A stretch of 64,000 bases of DNA. Source: an uncultured Alphaproteobacteria bacterium (lineage in GTDB: Bacteria; Pseudomonadota; Alphaproteobacteria; Micropepsales; Micropepsaceae). The first letter of the stretch is position 1, and each line of letters opens with the position of its first letter. Shown one piece after another: positions 49,972 through 62,397 of this stretch. The notes under the pieces are model-generated. The model saw only the letters and a program-made list of their open reading frames with translations. It was not told the DNA's origin and did no database searches. The position numbers and the translations under genes are program-made. The stretch lies in assembly GCA_963812975.1 (NCBI GenBank), contig CAWEXK010000014.1, forward strand, positions 96,310-160,309, read 5' to 3'.

Positions 49972-50933
49972 GGCGCGTTTCGGCCCTCGCGCGGCAGCCC
50001 CCGCACCAGCGCGTCGAGCACGGCCATGCGGATGGCGACACCCATTTCCACCTGTTCCTGAATCACGCTCACTTCAATGTCGTCGGCGACCACGGAATTG
50101 ATTTCGATCCCGCGGTTCATTGGCCCGGGATGCATGACGAGCGCACCGGGACGGGCGCGGGCGAGCTTGTCGCGGTCCAGCCCGTAGAAGCGGAAATATT
50201 CGCGTGCCGACGGGACGAAGGCGCCAGCCATGCGCTCCAGTTGAAGCCTCAGCATCATCACGATGTCCGCCCCCGCCAGCGCTTCGCCCATGTCGGTAAA
50301 CACTTCCGCGCCGAACCGTTCGACTTCGGCAGGCAGAAGCGTGCGCGGCGCCGCCAGACGCACCTGCGCGCCAAGCTTCGACAGAAGGAGGATGTTCGAG
50401 CGGGCGACGCGGCTGTGCAGGATGTCGCCGCAGATCACCACGGTGAGGCCCTCGAAGCCGCCGCGTCGTCGGCGGATCGTCAGCGCGTCGAGCAGCGCTT
50501 GCGTGGGGTGTTCGTGGGCGCCGTCGCCCGCGTTCACCACGCAACAGTCGACCTTGCGCGAGAGCAGTTCGGCCGCGCCGGCATCGGGATGACGCACGAC
50601 CAGAATGTCCGGCCGCATGGCGTTCAGCGTCGCCGCCGTATCGAGCAGCGTCTCGCCCTTGGAAATCGAGGAGTTCCTTAGCGCCATGTTGAGAACGTCG
50701 GCGCCCAGACGCTTGCCCGCCAGCTCAAAGGAGCTTTGGGTGCGTGTCGACGATTCGAAAAACAGATTGATGAGCGCGCGCCCGGTGAGAAGCGTCTGCT
50801 TCCTCTTTGCGGAGCGATTGAGCGCGACGTAGTGCTCCGCTAGATCGAGAAGCGCTGTGATCTCGGGAAGGGAAAGCGATTCGACGCCGAGAAGATGGCT
50901 GGACTGAAGAATTGGTCCGTCGCTACCGTGCAT
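49968..50933 (-). CDS. pyrB: Aspartate carbamoyltransferase catalytic subunit
   Basis: [44 protein letters not shown]. Confidence 0.96.
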   Translation of the reverse strand: MHGSDGPILQSSHLLGVESLSLPEITALLDLAEHYVALNRSAKRKQTLLTGRALINLFFESSTRTQSSFELAGKRLGADVLNMALRNSSISKGETLLDTAATLNAMRPDILVVRHPDAGAAELLSRKVDCCVVNAGDGAHEHPTQALLDALTIRRRRGGFEGLTVVICGDILHSRVARSNILLLSKLGAQVRLAAPRTLLPAEVERFGAEVFTDMGEALAGADIVMMLRLQLERMAGAFVPSAREYFRFYGLDRDKLARARPGALVMHPGPMNRGIEINSVVADDIEVSVIQEQVEMGVAIRMAVLDALVRGLPREGRNAP

Positions 50934-51062
50934 CAAAGAGGGGCTTATAGGTGAGCGGGGCCTGGGCGGCAAGCACCCGGCCCAACTCGTAAAACCGGTT
51001 CAGATTCCGATCGTCGGCGCCGTCGTGTAATGATTTAACCGAGGCAGCCGGGAGCTTGGCCA

Positions 51063-51476
51063 ATGGAAGCTGCGGGCGTGATTACGATTTCCAGCAAGAA
51101 CGGTGCAAAGGATACGATGGATCGCCTCGTTTTCGAAGTCGGTGCAAAGGGATTGACCGTATTTGCACGGATCGATCACGCGGCGGGCGCGGCGCGGGCC
51201 GGTTTGTCGCTGCGACCGACCGAGCTTCTGATCTTCGGCAATGCGAAGGGTGGCACGCCGCTCATGCAGAGCGAACAGACGGCCGGCATCGATCTGCCGC
51301 TGAAGGCGCTCGTCTGGGAAGATTCCGCAGGCAAGACGTGGCTCTCCTATAACGAGCCCGATTGGATCGCACGGCGCCACGGAATTTCCGCGGCAGAGGC
51401 ACCCGTCGTGGAAGCAATGACCGCGCTGCTGTTCGCCGTTACACGGAAGGCCACGGCCGCGATCACTTCCGCTTGA
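51063..51476 (+). CDS. DUF302 domain protein
   Basis: [43 protein letters not shown]. Confidence 0.88.
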   Translation: MEAAGVITISSKNGAKDTMDRLVFEVGAKGLTVFARIDHAAGAARAGLSLRPTELLIFGNAKGGTPLMQSEQTAGIDLPLKALVWEDSAGKTWLSYNEPDWIARRHGISAAEAPVVEAMTALLFAVTRKATAAITSA

Positions 51477-51934
51477 GATGATTGAGTGCGTCCAGCGCCC
51501 CCTGGAGCAGCCAGGCGGCGGCCATCTTGTCGACGAGGGCGGCGCGCCGCTTGCGCGAGGCGTCTGCCGCGATGAGGGTGCGCGTGACTGCGGCGGTCGA
51601 CAGCCTTTCATCCCAGAGCAGCACCGGCAGGTCCGAGCACGCCGCGAAATTGCGCGCGAAGGCGCGCGCGGATTGCGCGGAAGGGCCTTCCGTCCCGTTC
51701 ATGTTGAGCGGCAGTCCGACGACCAGACCACCCACTCCATGCTCGCGCCATGACCACGCCCAGAGCTGCGAAAGTCGTCCGCGAACTTCGTGCGCCTGCG
51801 CGTCGCGAGCGGCGAGGCGACGGTGAGCAGCGTGTCGGAGAGCGCCATGCCGATCGTCTTTTCGCCGAGGTCGAGCCCGAGAGCCGCGCGCCGGGCGCGA
51901 GGCTCGTCTGAAGACCTGCCAGATCGACCAGCAC
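51463..51934 (-). CDS. ruvX: Holliday junction resolvase-like / pre-16S rRNA nuclease RuvX (YqgF); frameshifted
   Basis: [41 protein letters not shown]. Confidence 0.9.
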
Positions 51935-51936
51935 GC

Positions 51937-52307
51937 TTAGCCTTGGCCGATCTCGAACCGGTTGCCGGCGGGATCGCGAAGGAAGAACCGCTCAGCCCGT
52001 CGGCTCGCATTCTGCTGCTCGACGGACCAGCCCGAGTGCATTCGGCGCGCGCGCGGGCTTTTTCGAGATCCTGCCACCAGGAAGCAGATATGCCGCTTGC
52101 TTGCCGGTGACGGCTCTGCATCGAGACCCGACATGAACCTGCACATTTGCGAGCTGGAACCAGGCGCCGCCTCGCGACTGCAGCTCGGCCGGCTTGGCAA
52201 TTTCCGCGAGCCCGAGCACGTCGCGGTAGAAGGCGAGGCACGCAGATTCCAGCGCGCGCGGCACAGCGACCTGCACGTGATCGATTGCCGGTTACGCCGA
52301 GGGACAT
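51937..52307 (-). CDS. VOC/glyoxalase family protein (frameshifted)
   Basis: DHVQVAVP..AFYRDVLGL.EI.KP..RGGAWF, RFFLRDPAGNRFE. Confidence 0.8.
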
Positions 52308-52397
52308 CGCAGGAACCTGCCGCCCGCTGTCGTTCGCTTGCCAGCATGGGCGCCGGTTGCTAGCAAGTCCCGCGATATCTAGCACAGCGAAACTCCG

Positions 52398-52686
52398 ATG
52401 TCCGTCGACAGCAAGACGGTCCGACATATCGCCCGGCTCGCCCGCATTGCGCTGGCGGAGGAGCAGGTCGAGCCGATGGCGAAGGAGCTCGACAACATTA
52501 TTTCCTGGGTCGAGCAGCTCAATCTGGTCGACGTCAGCGATGTGCCGCCGCTCAACAGCGTGATCTCCGCAGCGACTGAAGATGCGCGAGGACGTGGTGA
52601 CCGAAGGCAATCAGGCCGACGCGCTGACGGCGAACGCACCGGAGACCGTGGATCATTTCTTCGTGGTGCCAAAGGTCGTGGAGTAG
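52398..52686 (+). CDS. gatC: Asp/Glu-tRNA amidotransferase subunit C (frameshifted)
   Basis: [22 protein letters not shown], ending FFVVPKVVE*. Confidence 0.92.
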
Positions 52687-52688
52687 GA

Positions 52689-54185
52689 ATGGCGCTGTCA
52701 TCTTCGCCACGCGATTTCACCCTGGCCGAAGCGCGCGATGCGCTGCGATCGAAAAAGATTTCTTCGGTCGAACTGACCGGCGCCTGTGTCGACGGCAATT
52801 GCCGAGGCGCGGCCGCTGAATGCCTTTGTCACCGAAACGCCCGAGCGCGCGTTTGCCATGGCCAGCGCGTTCCGACGAGCGCATCGCAGCGGGCGAGCGG
52901 CGTCCGCTCGAAGGCGTCCCGCTCGCGATCAAGGATCTGTTCTGCACGAAAGGCGTGCGCACGACGGCCGGCAGTCGGATTTTCGAGAATTTCGTACCGC
53001 CCTATGAATTGACGGTGACCCAGAATCTGTGGGATGCGGGCGCTGTCCTGCTCGGCAAGACGAATATGGACGAGTTCGCGATGGGCTCGTCGAATGAGAC
53101 GAGCTACTTCAAGCCGGTCGCCAATCCCTGGCGTGCGCGAAACTCGAACGAGATCGTGGTGCCGGGCGGATCGTCGGGAGGGTCCGCAGCGGCGGTGGCG
53201 GCCAATCTCTGCCCGGGCGCGATCGGCACCGATACCGGCGGCTCGATCCGCCAGCCGGCTGCACTCTGCGGCATTGTCGGATTGAAGCCGACCTATGGCC
53301 GCTGCTCGCGCTGGGGAATTGTTGCTTTCGCGTCGTCACTCGACCAGGCGGGCCCGATGACCCGAACCGTCCGCGACGCGGCGATCCTGCTCGGGGCCAT
53401 GGCGAGCGTCGATGCGAAAGATTCGACCAGCGTGGATATCCCGGTGCCGGATTACGAAGAGGAAATCGAAGCCGGCGTCAAAGGTCTGCGAATCGGAGTG
53501 CCCGCGCGAATACCGGCTGGACGGCGCGCCCGAGGAAATCGACGCGCTGTGGTCTCGCGGCGTCGAATGGTTGCGCCATCAGGGCGCCGAGATCGTCGAT
53601 GTCAGCCTGCCGCACACGAGATATGCGCTGCCGGTCTATTACATTGTTGCTCCCGCCGAAGCTTCATCCAATCTGGCGCGCTATGACGGCGTACGTTACG
53701 GCCGCCGAAGCGTCGGCGTGCACGACGTGACCGATCTTTACGAGCGCAGCCGGGCCGAGGGATTCGGGGCGGAAGTCCGTCGGCGCGTTCTGATCGGTAC
53801 CTATGTGCTGTCGGCCGGCTATTACGACGCCTATTACGTCCGCGCGCAGAAGGTGCGCACATTGATCGCGCGGGATTTTGCGCAGGCATTCGAGCGTTGC
53901 GACGTGCTGCTGACGCCGGCCACGCCCGGGCCCGCTTTCGCGATCGGCGAGAAAACGGCCGACCCGGTGTCCATGTATCTGAACGACGTGTTCACAGTGA
54001 CGGCGAATCTCGCGGGTCTGCCGGCGATGTCGGTGCCGGCCGGCCTGACCGCGAGCGGCTTGCCATTGGGACTCCAGGTCATCGGCAGAGCTTTCGACGA
54101 GCAGCTGGTGTTGCGCGCGGGACGCGCCATCGAGCGGGCGGCGGAGTTCCCGGCCAAGCCCGCCACGTGGTGGAGATCGATGTGA
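52689..54185 (+). CDS. gatA: Asp/Glu-tRNA amidotransferase subunit A (frameshifted)
   Basis: [57 protein letters not shown]. Confidence 0.95.
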
Positions 54186-55666
54186 GCGCCGCGAGCGGGC
54201 ATGCGTCCGATCTGATTGAGGGCGCCCAAGGTTCATGGGAAGTCGTGATCGGCATGGAAGTCCATGCGCAGGTGCTTTCCAAAGCGAAGCTCTTTTCCGG
54301 CGCGTCCGCGATTTTCGGCGGGGAACCCAATGCGCACGTAAGCTTCATCGACGCGGCGATGCCGGGAATGCTGCCGGTGATCAACCGGTTCTGCGTCGAG
54401 CAGGCGATCCGTACCGGGTTGGGATTGAAGGCCCGGATCAATCACGTCTCGCTGTTCGACCGGAAGAACTATTTCTATCCGGATCTGCCGGCCGGCTATC
54501 AAATCTCCCAATACAAGAATCCGATCGTCGGCGAAGGCGAGGTGCTGCTCGATCTTCCGAAGGGGCGTACCGTCCGCGTGGGCATCGAACGGCTGCACCT
54601 GGAGCAGGACGCAGGCAAGAGTCTGCACGACCAGCATCCCGGGCATTCCTACATCGATCTGAACCGGGCCGGCGTGGCGCTGATGGAGATTGTTTCGAGA
54701 CCCGACATGCGCTCGAGCGAAGAGGCAGCAGCCTTCGTGAAGAAGCTGCGCGCCATTCTGCGCTACCTTGGCACCTGCGACGGCAACATGGAGGAAGGCT
54801 CCATGCGCGCCGATGTCAATGTGTCGGTGCGAAGGCCCGGCGCGGCGCTGGGCACGCGTTGCGAGATCAAGAACGTCAACTCGATCCGCTTCATCGGCCA
54901 CGCGATCGCCTACGAAGCGCGCCGCCAGATCGAACTGCTCGAGACTGGCGGCGCGATCCGGCTGGAGACGCGGCTTTTCGATTCCCGTTCGGGCGAGACG
55001 CGGCCTATGCGCTCCAAGGAGGAGGCGCACGACTACCGTTACTTTCCCGATCCCGACCTTCTGCCTCTGGTGATCGAGGAATCCTGGGTCGAGGAGATTG
55101 CGCGCAGTCTGCCCGAGCTGCCCGACGACAAGAAGGCGCGCTTCATGCGCGAATACGGAATTTCCGCCTATGACGCCGGGGTGCTGGTCGCGGAGCAGGA
55201 GCTTGCCGCGTACTATGAGGAGCTGGCGGAGGGTGCCGATGCCAAGCTTGCCGCCAACTGGCTCAACAACGAGTTACTGGGGCGATTGAACCGCGACGGC
55301 CGCACGATCGCAGACTGCCCCGTTTCCGCACATGCGAACAGGAGCATTCTTCGGCTGGTCGCAGAGGGGACCATTTCAGGGAAGATCGCCAAGGATGTTC
55401 TCGACATCGTGTGGGCCGAGGGTGGCGATCCCGAAACTGTCGTCGTCGCGCGCGGCCTGACCCAGGTCAGCGATGTCGCTGCCATCGAAGCGGCAATCGA
55501 TGCCGTGATTGCGGCTCACCCCGACAAGGTCGCGGAGGTGAAATCCAAACCCAAACTCGCCGGCTGGTTTGTCGGACAGGTGATGAAACAGACCGGCGGG
55601 AAGGCGAATCCGCAGGCCGTGAACGCCCTTCTGCGGACGCGTCTCGGATTGCCCGCAGACGGGTGA
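54182..55666 (+). CDS. gatB: Asp/Glu-tRNA amidotransferase subunit B
   Basis: [46 protein letters not shown]. Confidence 0.97.
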   Translation: MSAASGHASDLIEGAQGSWEVVIGMEVHAQVLSKAKLFSGASAIFGGEPNAHVSFIDAAMPGMLPVINRFCVEQAIRTGLGLKARINHVSLFDRKNYFYPDLPAGYQISQYKNPIVGEGEVLLDLPKGRTVRVGIERLHLEQDAGKSLHDQHPGHSYIDLNRAGVALMEIVSRPDMRSSEEAAAFVKKLRAILRYLGTCDGNMEEGSMRADVNVSVRRPGAALGTRCEIKNVNSIRFIGHAIAYEARRQIELLETGGAIRLETRLFDSRSGETRPMRSKEEAHDYRYFPDPDLLPLVIEESWVEEIARSLPELPDDKKARFMREYGISAYDAGVLVAEQELAAYYEELAEGADAKLAANWLNNELLGRLNRDGRTIADCPVSAHANRSILRLVAEGTISGKIAKDVLDIVWAEGGDPETVVVARGLTQVSDVAAIEAAIDAVIAAHPDKVAEVKSKPKLAGWFVGQVMKQTGGKANPQAVNALLRTRLGLPADG

Positions 55667-55898
55667 TTCGCACATTTGCAAGTCATTGACTGGCTTCGGC
55701 AGATGCGGCAGCCAATTCGATCCGTGCACTGACTAAATCACGAAAGCCAATAAAATACAGGGTTTCGTGAAGTTTTGCGGTCGCGCGGGAATCGCGCCCA
55801 GGCGGGTGCTATTGCGTCGCCCGCGCAACCCCCTCATATTCTTGACGTTTTGGGAGTGCGATTCGCACGGCCCAAAAATCGTAGAGGAGTCGTTTCAC

Positions 55899-56075
55899 AT
55901 GCCAATGACTGCAAAGAAGTCGAAGAGGAAAGCCAAGAGCAAGAAGAAGCGCACCGTCCGCAAGGCCGGCGCGAGGGGCGCGGCGAGAAAGACGCGTCGC
56001 AAGGCTGCGAAGAAACATACAAAGCGGAAGGCACGCCGCACGAAGAAAGCTGCCCCTGCACCCGCTGCGATGTAG
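55899..56075 (+). CDS. Small protamine/histone-H1-like basic protein (58 aa)
   Basis: GAGGAG RBS; 17 K + 10 R and no acidic residues. Confidence 0.7.
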   Translation: MPMTAKKSKRKAKSKKKRTVRKAGARGAARKTRRKAAKKHTKRKARRTKKAAPAPAAM

Positions 56076-56246
56076 GGCAGCTGATGATCGAGGCTGAGGC
56101 CGCGGCTGCCGGACAAGCGCACATGCGCATGTCGTGCGCCGCGGCCAAGCCCAAAAACAAAAAACCTGCGGTGCGCCCGTGTCGAAAAGGCGCCGAACGC
56201 GGGAGCGGATAACAGGGCGAAGCCCGGCTTTTTCCGCAACCTACCG

Positions 56247-56261
56247 TTAACTGCTCCTTAG
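56247..56261. promoter_or_regulatory. CtrA-box-like site upstream of the Sel1 gene
   Basis: TTAA-N7-TTAG, one mismatch to TTAA-N7-TTAA. Confidence 0.5.
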
Positions 56262-56340
56262 CTTGTCCGGCGTGATGCTTGCCCGCGTGCAAGAGAAGGC
56301 TTGCATGCAGTGGCGGCCGCGTAGCGGTCAGGGGGCGAAA

Positions 56341-56613
56341 ATGGTGTGCATCGATATCAATTCATTGTCGCAGTTCGAATGCGACGCGCAGCAGGGGCGG
56401 GCGGATGCGCTTTACAATCTCGGGCTCGCCTATTCCACGGGACAGGGCGTCGATGTGGACTACATCGCCGCCCATAAATGGTTCAACCTCGCGGCCATGA
56501 AGGGCAGCGAGATCGCCAAGACGTGGCGTGCCCAGATTTCGCGGGAAATGAATTCAAACCAGATCGCGGAGGCCCAGCGGCTCGCCCGCGAATGGCTGTC
56601 GTTCTTTCACTGA
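56341..56613 (+). CDS. Small Sel1-repeat protein
   Basis: ALYNLGLAYSTGQGV.VDYIAAHKWFNLAAMKG..EMNSNQIAEAQRLAREWL. Confidence 0.85.
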   Translation: MVCIDINSLSQFECDAQQGRADALYNLGLAYSTGQGVDVDYIAAHKWFNLAAMKGSEIAKTWRAQISREMNSNQIAEAQRLAREWLSFFH

Positions 56614-58932
56614 ATTTCGGAACCGGGCGAAGGCTTGAATTCCGGCGCGACTGCGGGCGCCGCGGCGGCCGGCGGATCCGGCGGAGAAATGGCAGTCCGC
56701 GCAAAGGTGATCGCAGAATTGTCGGCGCGCGTTTTTGATCCCGGCGCTTCGACCCTGCTTCCGGACGAATTGACGCGCAACGTTGAAACCTGCGGCGCAT
56801 CCGGCCGATAAAGATCGTCGAGAATCTGCAACGGTTCGTCGCGCCCCGCCAGCCGGTTCCTGTAAACTTCCACGTTTTCAAGCACGCGCTGCACGTAGTT
56901 GCGGGTCTCCTGAAACGGGATCTGTTCGATCCAGTCTACCGGATCGACCCGCACGTCCCGCGGATCGCCATAGGCTGCGATCCACTTGCGCACATTGCCG
57001 GGGCCGGCGTTGTAGGCAGCGGCGGCCAGCAGGTAGGAGCCTCCCCAATTGGCGAGCTGGTGCGCGAGCTCCGTCATCCCCAGTTCCATATTGTAACTCG
57101 CGTCGTCGAGAAGGGCGGAGGGCCGATAGCCCAGCCCCGCGACTTCGGCCAGATGCGCGGCCGCGTCCGGCATCACCTGCATGAGGCCGCGGGCGCCGGC
57201 GACGCTCACCGCATCGGGATCGAACTCGGTCTCCTGCCTGACGATCGCGAGCACGAGCGCGTTCTCCGGCGCGATGCCCGGGCCCGCGTAACGCGGAATT
57301 GCGATGACGGGATGGGAATAATCGAACAGGCGGATGCCGTCATAACTCGCTTGCTTCGCAACCCGGACGGCGACGTCGCGAAATCCCATGCGTGTGAGCT
57401 CGGCCGTCAAGAGCTTCGCGCGCGCGCCGTCGCGGTGCAGTTTTGCCTCCTGAACCGCAAATTCCCGCAAGGGACCTTCCAGTCCCAGATCAGCGAGCAC
57501 CCGCACCGCCCGGGTAAGGTCATCATGCTCGAAGGCCTCGCGCGCAGGCTCCGCATCGACGGGCGTCGCAGGCAAGTGGAGACCCGGATCGGACACAATC
57601 CGCGCCAGCGCCAACTGCCCGTAAAATGCGGCGGGGTTCTCCGCCGCTGCATGGTACTCACGCCATGCTGCCTCATCGTGTCCCGCAGCTTCGCAGGCGC
57701 GGCCTGCCCAATAATAGGCGCGCGCCCGGCTGACGGGCCGCGACGCGGCGCGAACGAGGTTCTCGAAATGCGTCAGCGCGATGGCGGGCTCCTTCAGCTC
57801 GCGCAGCGCGATCCAGCCGGCCAGAAATTCCGCATCGGCATACTCACTGCCATCCTGCGGCAAGGCGGTGTCCGCCGACAGCAGGTAGGCGCTCCGCGTG
57901 TAACCTTGCTGCAGCAGCGCCCGCGCATCGAGATTTGTCTCTGTCCACCAGTGCGTGGGATTGAGCCTGGCCAGGTCGCGAACCGGTGCGCGCGCAAGAA
58001 TCGCCGGAATCGCCGCAATGTCGTTGTGCAGTCGCAGCACCCGCGCCTGATCGAAAAGTAGTCCCGGATCGTCGCGCAGGTCTGATGGTAAAGCGGCCGC
58101 CTCGTACTCGCCACGCGCCGGGTCGCTGCGGAGCAAGATGCGCGTTTCCGCCAGCCGCTGCATCGCCGTCCCAACCCGCACCATCTGGCGGCGCGCAGCG
58201 GCCAGATCATTCTGCGCCAGCAGGTGCTCCAGACGTTCGCGATCGGCGTCGGGCGTCAACACATTGCCGTGCTGCGCGATGACATAAAGTTCCTGGTCGG
58301 GCCGGAAGCTGTTCGCGATCCAGGCTTGTCGTATCCATTCGCGGCCGCGATCGACGGAGCCCGCAGCGATCAGCGCCTCGCCCAGCCGCACTTTGCCGAT
58401 TCCCGTCTGCGGCGTGCGCGCGCCAAACCAGGCGATGAGTGCACGGGGATCGACCGTCGGACCGATTGCCTCTTCGGCCCGCGAGAACAGCGCTTCGCGG
58501 CCGGGCCAGTCCGGATAGTCCTTCAGGAATTGTGCCATCTCCGCGAACGAGGCGCCGCTGTTGCGGGTGCGAAGGTACGCCCATTCGATGAGCCGGCGCG
58601 CCACCGTATCGCCGCCCTGTTCGGCGAGACTGCGTGCGGCGACCCAGTCGCCTCTTTGCGCCGCCTCCACCGCCCGGCTGAAGAGCTCGTGGTCGGTGGC
58701 ACCGAGATAGCGGACAAGTCCGGCCCGGCGCTCGCCACCGAAATCGAACGCGGGCGAAGCCGCCTCGTCCGAATCGGCGATCGGCTGCATCATCACGACG
58801 CCGCCCTGGCGGATAAGACCTGGCGGAAGATCATTGGCGGCGGCAGGTGGCTGTTGTGCTCTGCTGCGCCAACGCCGCGGCCGCAGCCATTGCGAGGGCG
58901 GCCGATGCGAGTACAGCACGCGATAACTTCAT
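56607..58932 (-). CDS. Soluble lytic murein transglycosylase, Slt70-like (frameshift just after the signal peptide)
   Basis: Signal MKLSRAVLASAALAMAAAAALAQ; AIVRQETEF, GARGLMQVMP, AAYNAGPG, ETRNYVQRV. Confidence 0.9.
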
Positions 58933-59068
58933 CGTTTTGCGCGAATCGAATCTGCAACGGGACGAGCGGAATAGATTAGTGTCGCGCTTCCCCGTTGGCC
59001 AGCGGCCTCTCCTTGCCGCGACCTGCAGCGCGGCGCTATTTTGCCGCAACGCATAGCGCGAGTATCAA

Positions 59069-59983
59069 ATGCTTGACGTTCGCGAACGTCTCAAGGGTTC
59101 CATGCCCGCCCTGATCACGCCGTTTCACGGCGGTAAGGTGGATGAGGCAGGCGTTGCGCAGGCTGGTCGCCTGGCAGATCGAGGAGGGCACGCACGGACT
59201 GGTTCCCTCCGGCACGACGGGCGAATCCGCCACCTTGAGCCATGAGGAACATATGCGGGTGGTGGAGATCTGCGTCGAGGAAGCGGCCGGACGATGCCGG
59301 TGATCGCCGGCGCCGGCTCCAATTCCACCGACGAAGCCATTGCGCTGACCCGCCACGCCAAAGAGGTGGGCGCCGATGCGGTGCTGTCGGTCACGGGCTA
59401 TTACAACAAGCCGATCGCAGGAAGGCCTGTACCGCCATTTCATGGCGATCGCCGAGGCGGTGGACATTCCGATCCTGCTCTACAACATCCCGGCCGCACC
59501 ATCGTCGAGATTTCGGTGGAGACCATGGCGCGGCTGTCGAGCATCACGAACATCATCGGGGTGAAGGACGCCACCGCCAATCTGATGCGGCCGACCCGCG
59601 AGCGTGCCGCGTGTGGCCGGAATTGCGTCTGATCTCCGGCGAGGACGGCACGGCGCTGGGTTATATGGCGCATGGCGGCCATGGCTGCATCTCGGTGACG
59701 GCCAATGTCGCGCCGAAGGCTGTGCGCCGAGTTCCAGGCTGCCTGCATGCGCGGCGATTTCCGTCCGCGCTCGGCGCTCCAGGACCGACTGATGCCGCTG
59801 CATGACGCGATGTTCTGCGAGGCCAGTCCGGCGCCGGTGAAGTATGCCGTCTCGCTGCTCGGCCATTGCAGCGAGGCGGTGCGGCTGCCGCTCGTGGCGG
59901 CGAGCGAGGCAGCGCGCGTGCGCATCCGCGCGGCAATGGAAACGGCCGGCCTCGTTCCTCTCGATCGTCGGGCGGAAGACTAG
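59069..59983 (+). CDS. dapA: 4-hydroxy-tetrahydrodipicolinate synthase (many frameshifts)
   Basis: [47 protein letters not shown]. Confidence 0.93.
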
Positions 59984-59986
59984 TCC

Positions 59987-60464
59987 ATGGCGGCAAGAAG
60001 GAAGAACCGGATCGGCGCGTCATCGCCGACAACCGCAAGGCGCGCTACGCCTATGCGATCGAATTCGACGCTGGAAGCGGGCATCGTGCTGATGGGCTCG
60101 GAGGTGAAAGTCCTGCGCAGCGGCAAGACCACCATCGGCGAAAGCTACGCCCAGGCCAAGGATGGCGAGCTCTTCCTGGTCAACTCCTATATTCCCGAAT
60201 ACACGCAGGCCAGCCGCTTCAATCATGAGCCGCGCGTCCGCGCAAAGTGCTGGTGCACAAGCGCGAGGCCGCCAAGCTCGCCGCGGCGATCCAGCGCGAG
60301 GGCATGACGCTGATTCCGCTGAAGCATGTATTTCAACGCCAAGGGCATGGCCAAGCTCGAACTGGGCATCGCCAGGGCAAGAAGCTGCACGACAAGCGCG
60401 AGACCGGAAAAGCAGCGCGACTGGCAGCGCGACAAGGCGAGACTGATGCGGGGGAAGGGGCTGA
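59987..60464 (+). CDS. smpB: SsrA-binding protein (frameshifted)
   Basis: [49 protein letters not shown]. Confidence 0.93.
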
Positions 60465-60528
60465 GTCGCGAGCGGGACTCGCGCTGCGGCGGCCGGTCAA
60501 GGCGGCCGGTACGGCGCCGCGGCGAGCG

Positions 60529-61191
60529 CTATGTCCGCCGCAGCCTTTTCGCCTTTGCACCACATCCTCGAACATCTCGGCGGTCAGCACGCCGGTGTTG
60601 GTGTTGTAGCGCGAGCAGTGATAGCTCGAGATCAGCGTGAACTTGCCGATCTCGTAACGCCACGCCATGCTTGAAGGGATGCATCGCTTTGCGCGACGCC
60701 CAGCGCGTCGCAGACGCTGTCATGGGCGATCTTGCCCAGCGCCAGGATCACTTTCACGTTCGGCAGCGTCTCCAGCTGCCGGATCAGGAACTGGCGGCAG
60801 GTCTTGATCTCGCTGGGCTCCGGCTTGTTCTGCGGCGGCACGCAGCGCACCGCATTGGCGATGCGGCAATCCACCAGCTCCAGCTGTCGTCGGCGCGCTC
60901 GTCATAAGTCGCCCGCGCGCCAGACCGTGCTTCAGCAAGCGTGGCGTAGAGCAGATCGCCCGCCCAGTCGCCGGTGAAGGGCCGGCCGGTGCGGTTGGCG
61001 CCTTGCAGGCCCGGCGCCAGCCCGACGATCAGAAGCCGCGCGTCCGAGCGGCCCGAAGCTCGGCACCGGCGCGTTGAACCAGTCCGGATAGCTTGCGCGA
61101 TTGTCGGCGCGGAAGGCGCGCAGCCGCGGGCAGAGCGGGCAATCATGCGGCGGTTCGCGTGCGCACGCTCGTGCAAACTCGCCGCCGCCAT
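60529..61191 (-). CDS. Uracil-DNA glycosylase, family 5 (UdgB-like; frameshifted)
   Basis: [51 protein letters not shown]. Confidence 0.88.
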
Positions 61192-61199
61192 CGCGAGCG

Positions 61200-61779
61200 T
61201 CAGGCCGCCTGCGCATAGGCGCGGCGAGGCCGTGTGCGCCTTGCGCGGCCGCCTTCGCGCACGATCTGGGCTTCAGTTCGTCCAGCTCGATGAAATTGTC
61301 GGCCTGGCGGCGCAGTTCGTCCGCCACCATGGGCGGCTGGGTGCGGATGGTGGAGACCACGCTGACCCGGCGGCCCTTGCCGCTGCACCGCTTCGACCAG
61401 GCGGCGGAAATCGCCGTCGCCGGAGAAGATCACGACATGGTCGACCATGTCGGCCATCTCCATCACGTCGATGGCGAGCTCGATGTCCATGTTGCCCTTG
61501 ACGCGGCGGCGGCCCTGCGCGTCGGTGAATTCCTTGAGCGGCTTGGTCACCACCGAGAAGCCGTTGTAGTCCAGCCAGTCCACCAGCGGCCGCAGCGGCG
61601 AGAATTCCTGGTCCTCGGCCACCGCGGTATAATAGAAGGCGCGCACCAGAATGCCCTTGCGCGCGAACAGTTCCAGAAGCCGCTTATAGTCGATGTCGAA
61701 TTGCAGGCCCTTGGCCGCGCCATAAAGATTGGCGCCGTCGATGAACAAAGCGCAGTTTTTCCTGCGGATAGAACAGCAT
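61200..61779 (-). CDS. NYN domain (LabA/DUF88) protein (frameshifted; 3' end uncertain)
   Basis: [45 protein letters not shown]. Confidence 0.9.
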
Positions 61780-61884
61780 CGGAATGTCTCCTGTCATAAT
61801 TGACCACGTGCAAGAATCCAAAACGGCCATGAGCGCTTCTATGATATTTATGGGCGAGTGCAAACGTTCTGGGCCCCCGCTCAC

Positions 61885-62374
61885 ATGATTTTGATCGCGC
61901 TCGGCGCCAATCTTTCCTCGCCGGTGGGACCGCCGGCGGCAACTTTGCGCGCGGCGCTGCGGGAATTGGCGCGGCTCGGGCATTTCGATGTGTGCCGTCT
62001 CGGATTTTTACCAAAGCCGCGCCTGGCCAGATCCGAGCGATCCGCCCTTCGTGAATGCGGTTGCGCGCGTCGAGACGGCGAAGGCGCCGACCGAGCTTCT
62101 CTCGCTGCTGAAGCAAATGGAAATCTTGTTCGGGCGGTCGTCCACGCAACAGAACGCGCCGCGCCCGCTCGATCTCGATCTGCTCGACTATGAGGGACGC
62201 GTCCAGACGGGGCCGCCCGATCTGCCGCATCCGCGCATGCACGAGCGTGGCTTCGTTCTCATTCCGCTGAGCGAGATCGCGCCGGCCTGGCGACACCCCG
62301 TTTCGCGCCTCGGCGCCGGGGAGCTTGTGAATGCCTTGCCCGACGCGGCGCGCGAGGTTACGAGGCTGGGCTGA
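61885..62374 (+). CDS. folK: 2-amino-4-hydroxy-6-hydroxymethyldihydropteridine pyrophosphokinase (frameshift near 61985)
   Basis: MILIALGANL, FVNAV, NAPRPLDLDLL, LPHPRMHERGFVLIPL. Confidence 0.93.
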
Positions 62375-62397
62375 ACGCATCGGCTTGCAGAACTGCC

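Noticed and set aside
61200-61779. NYN nuclease as a defence-system component
   Set aside because: This is the conserved housekeeping LabA/DUF88 gene in its usual udg-NYN/folK context.
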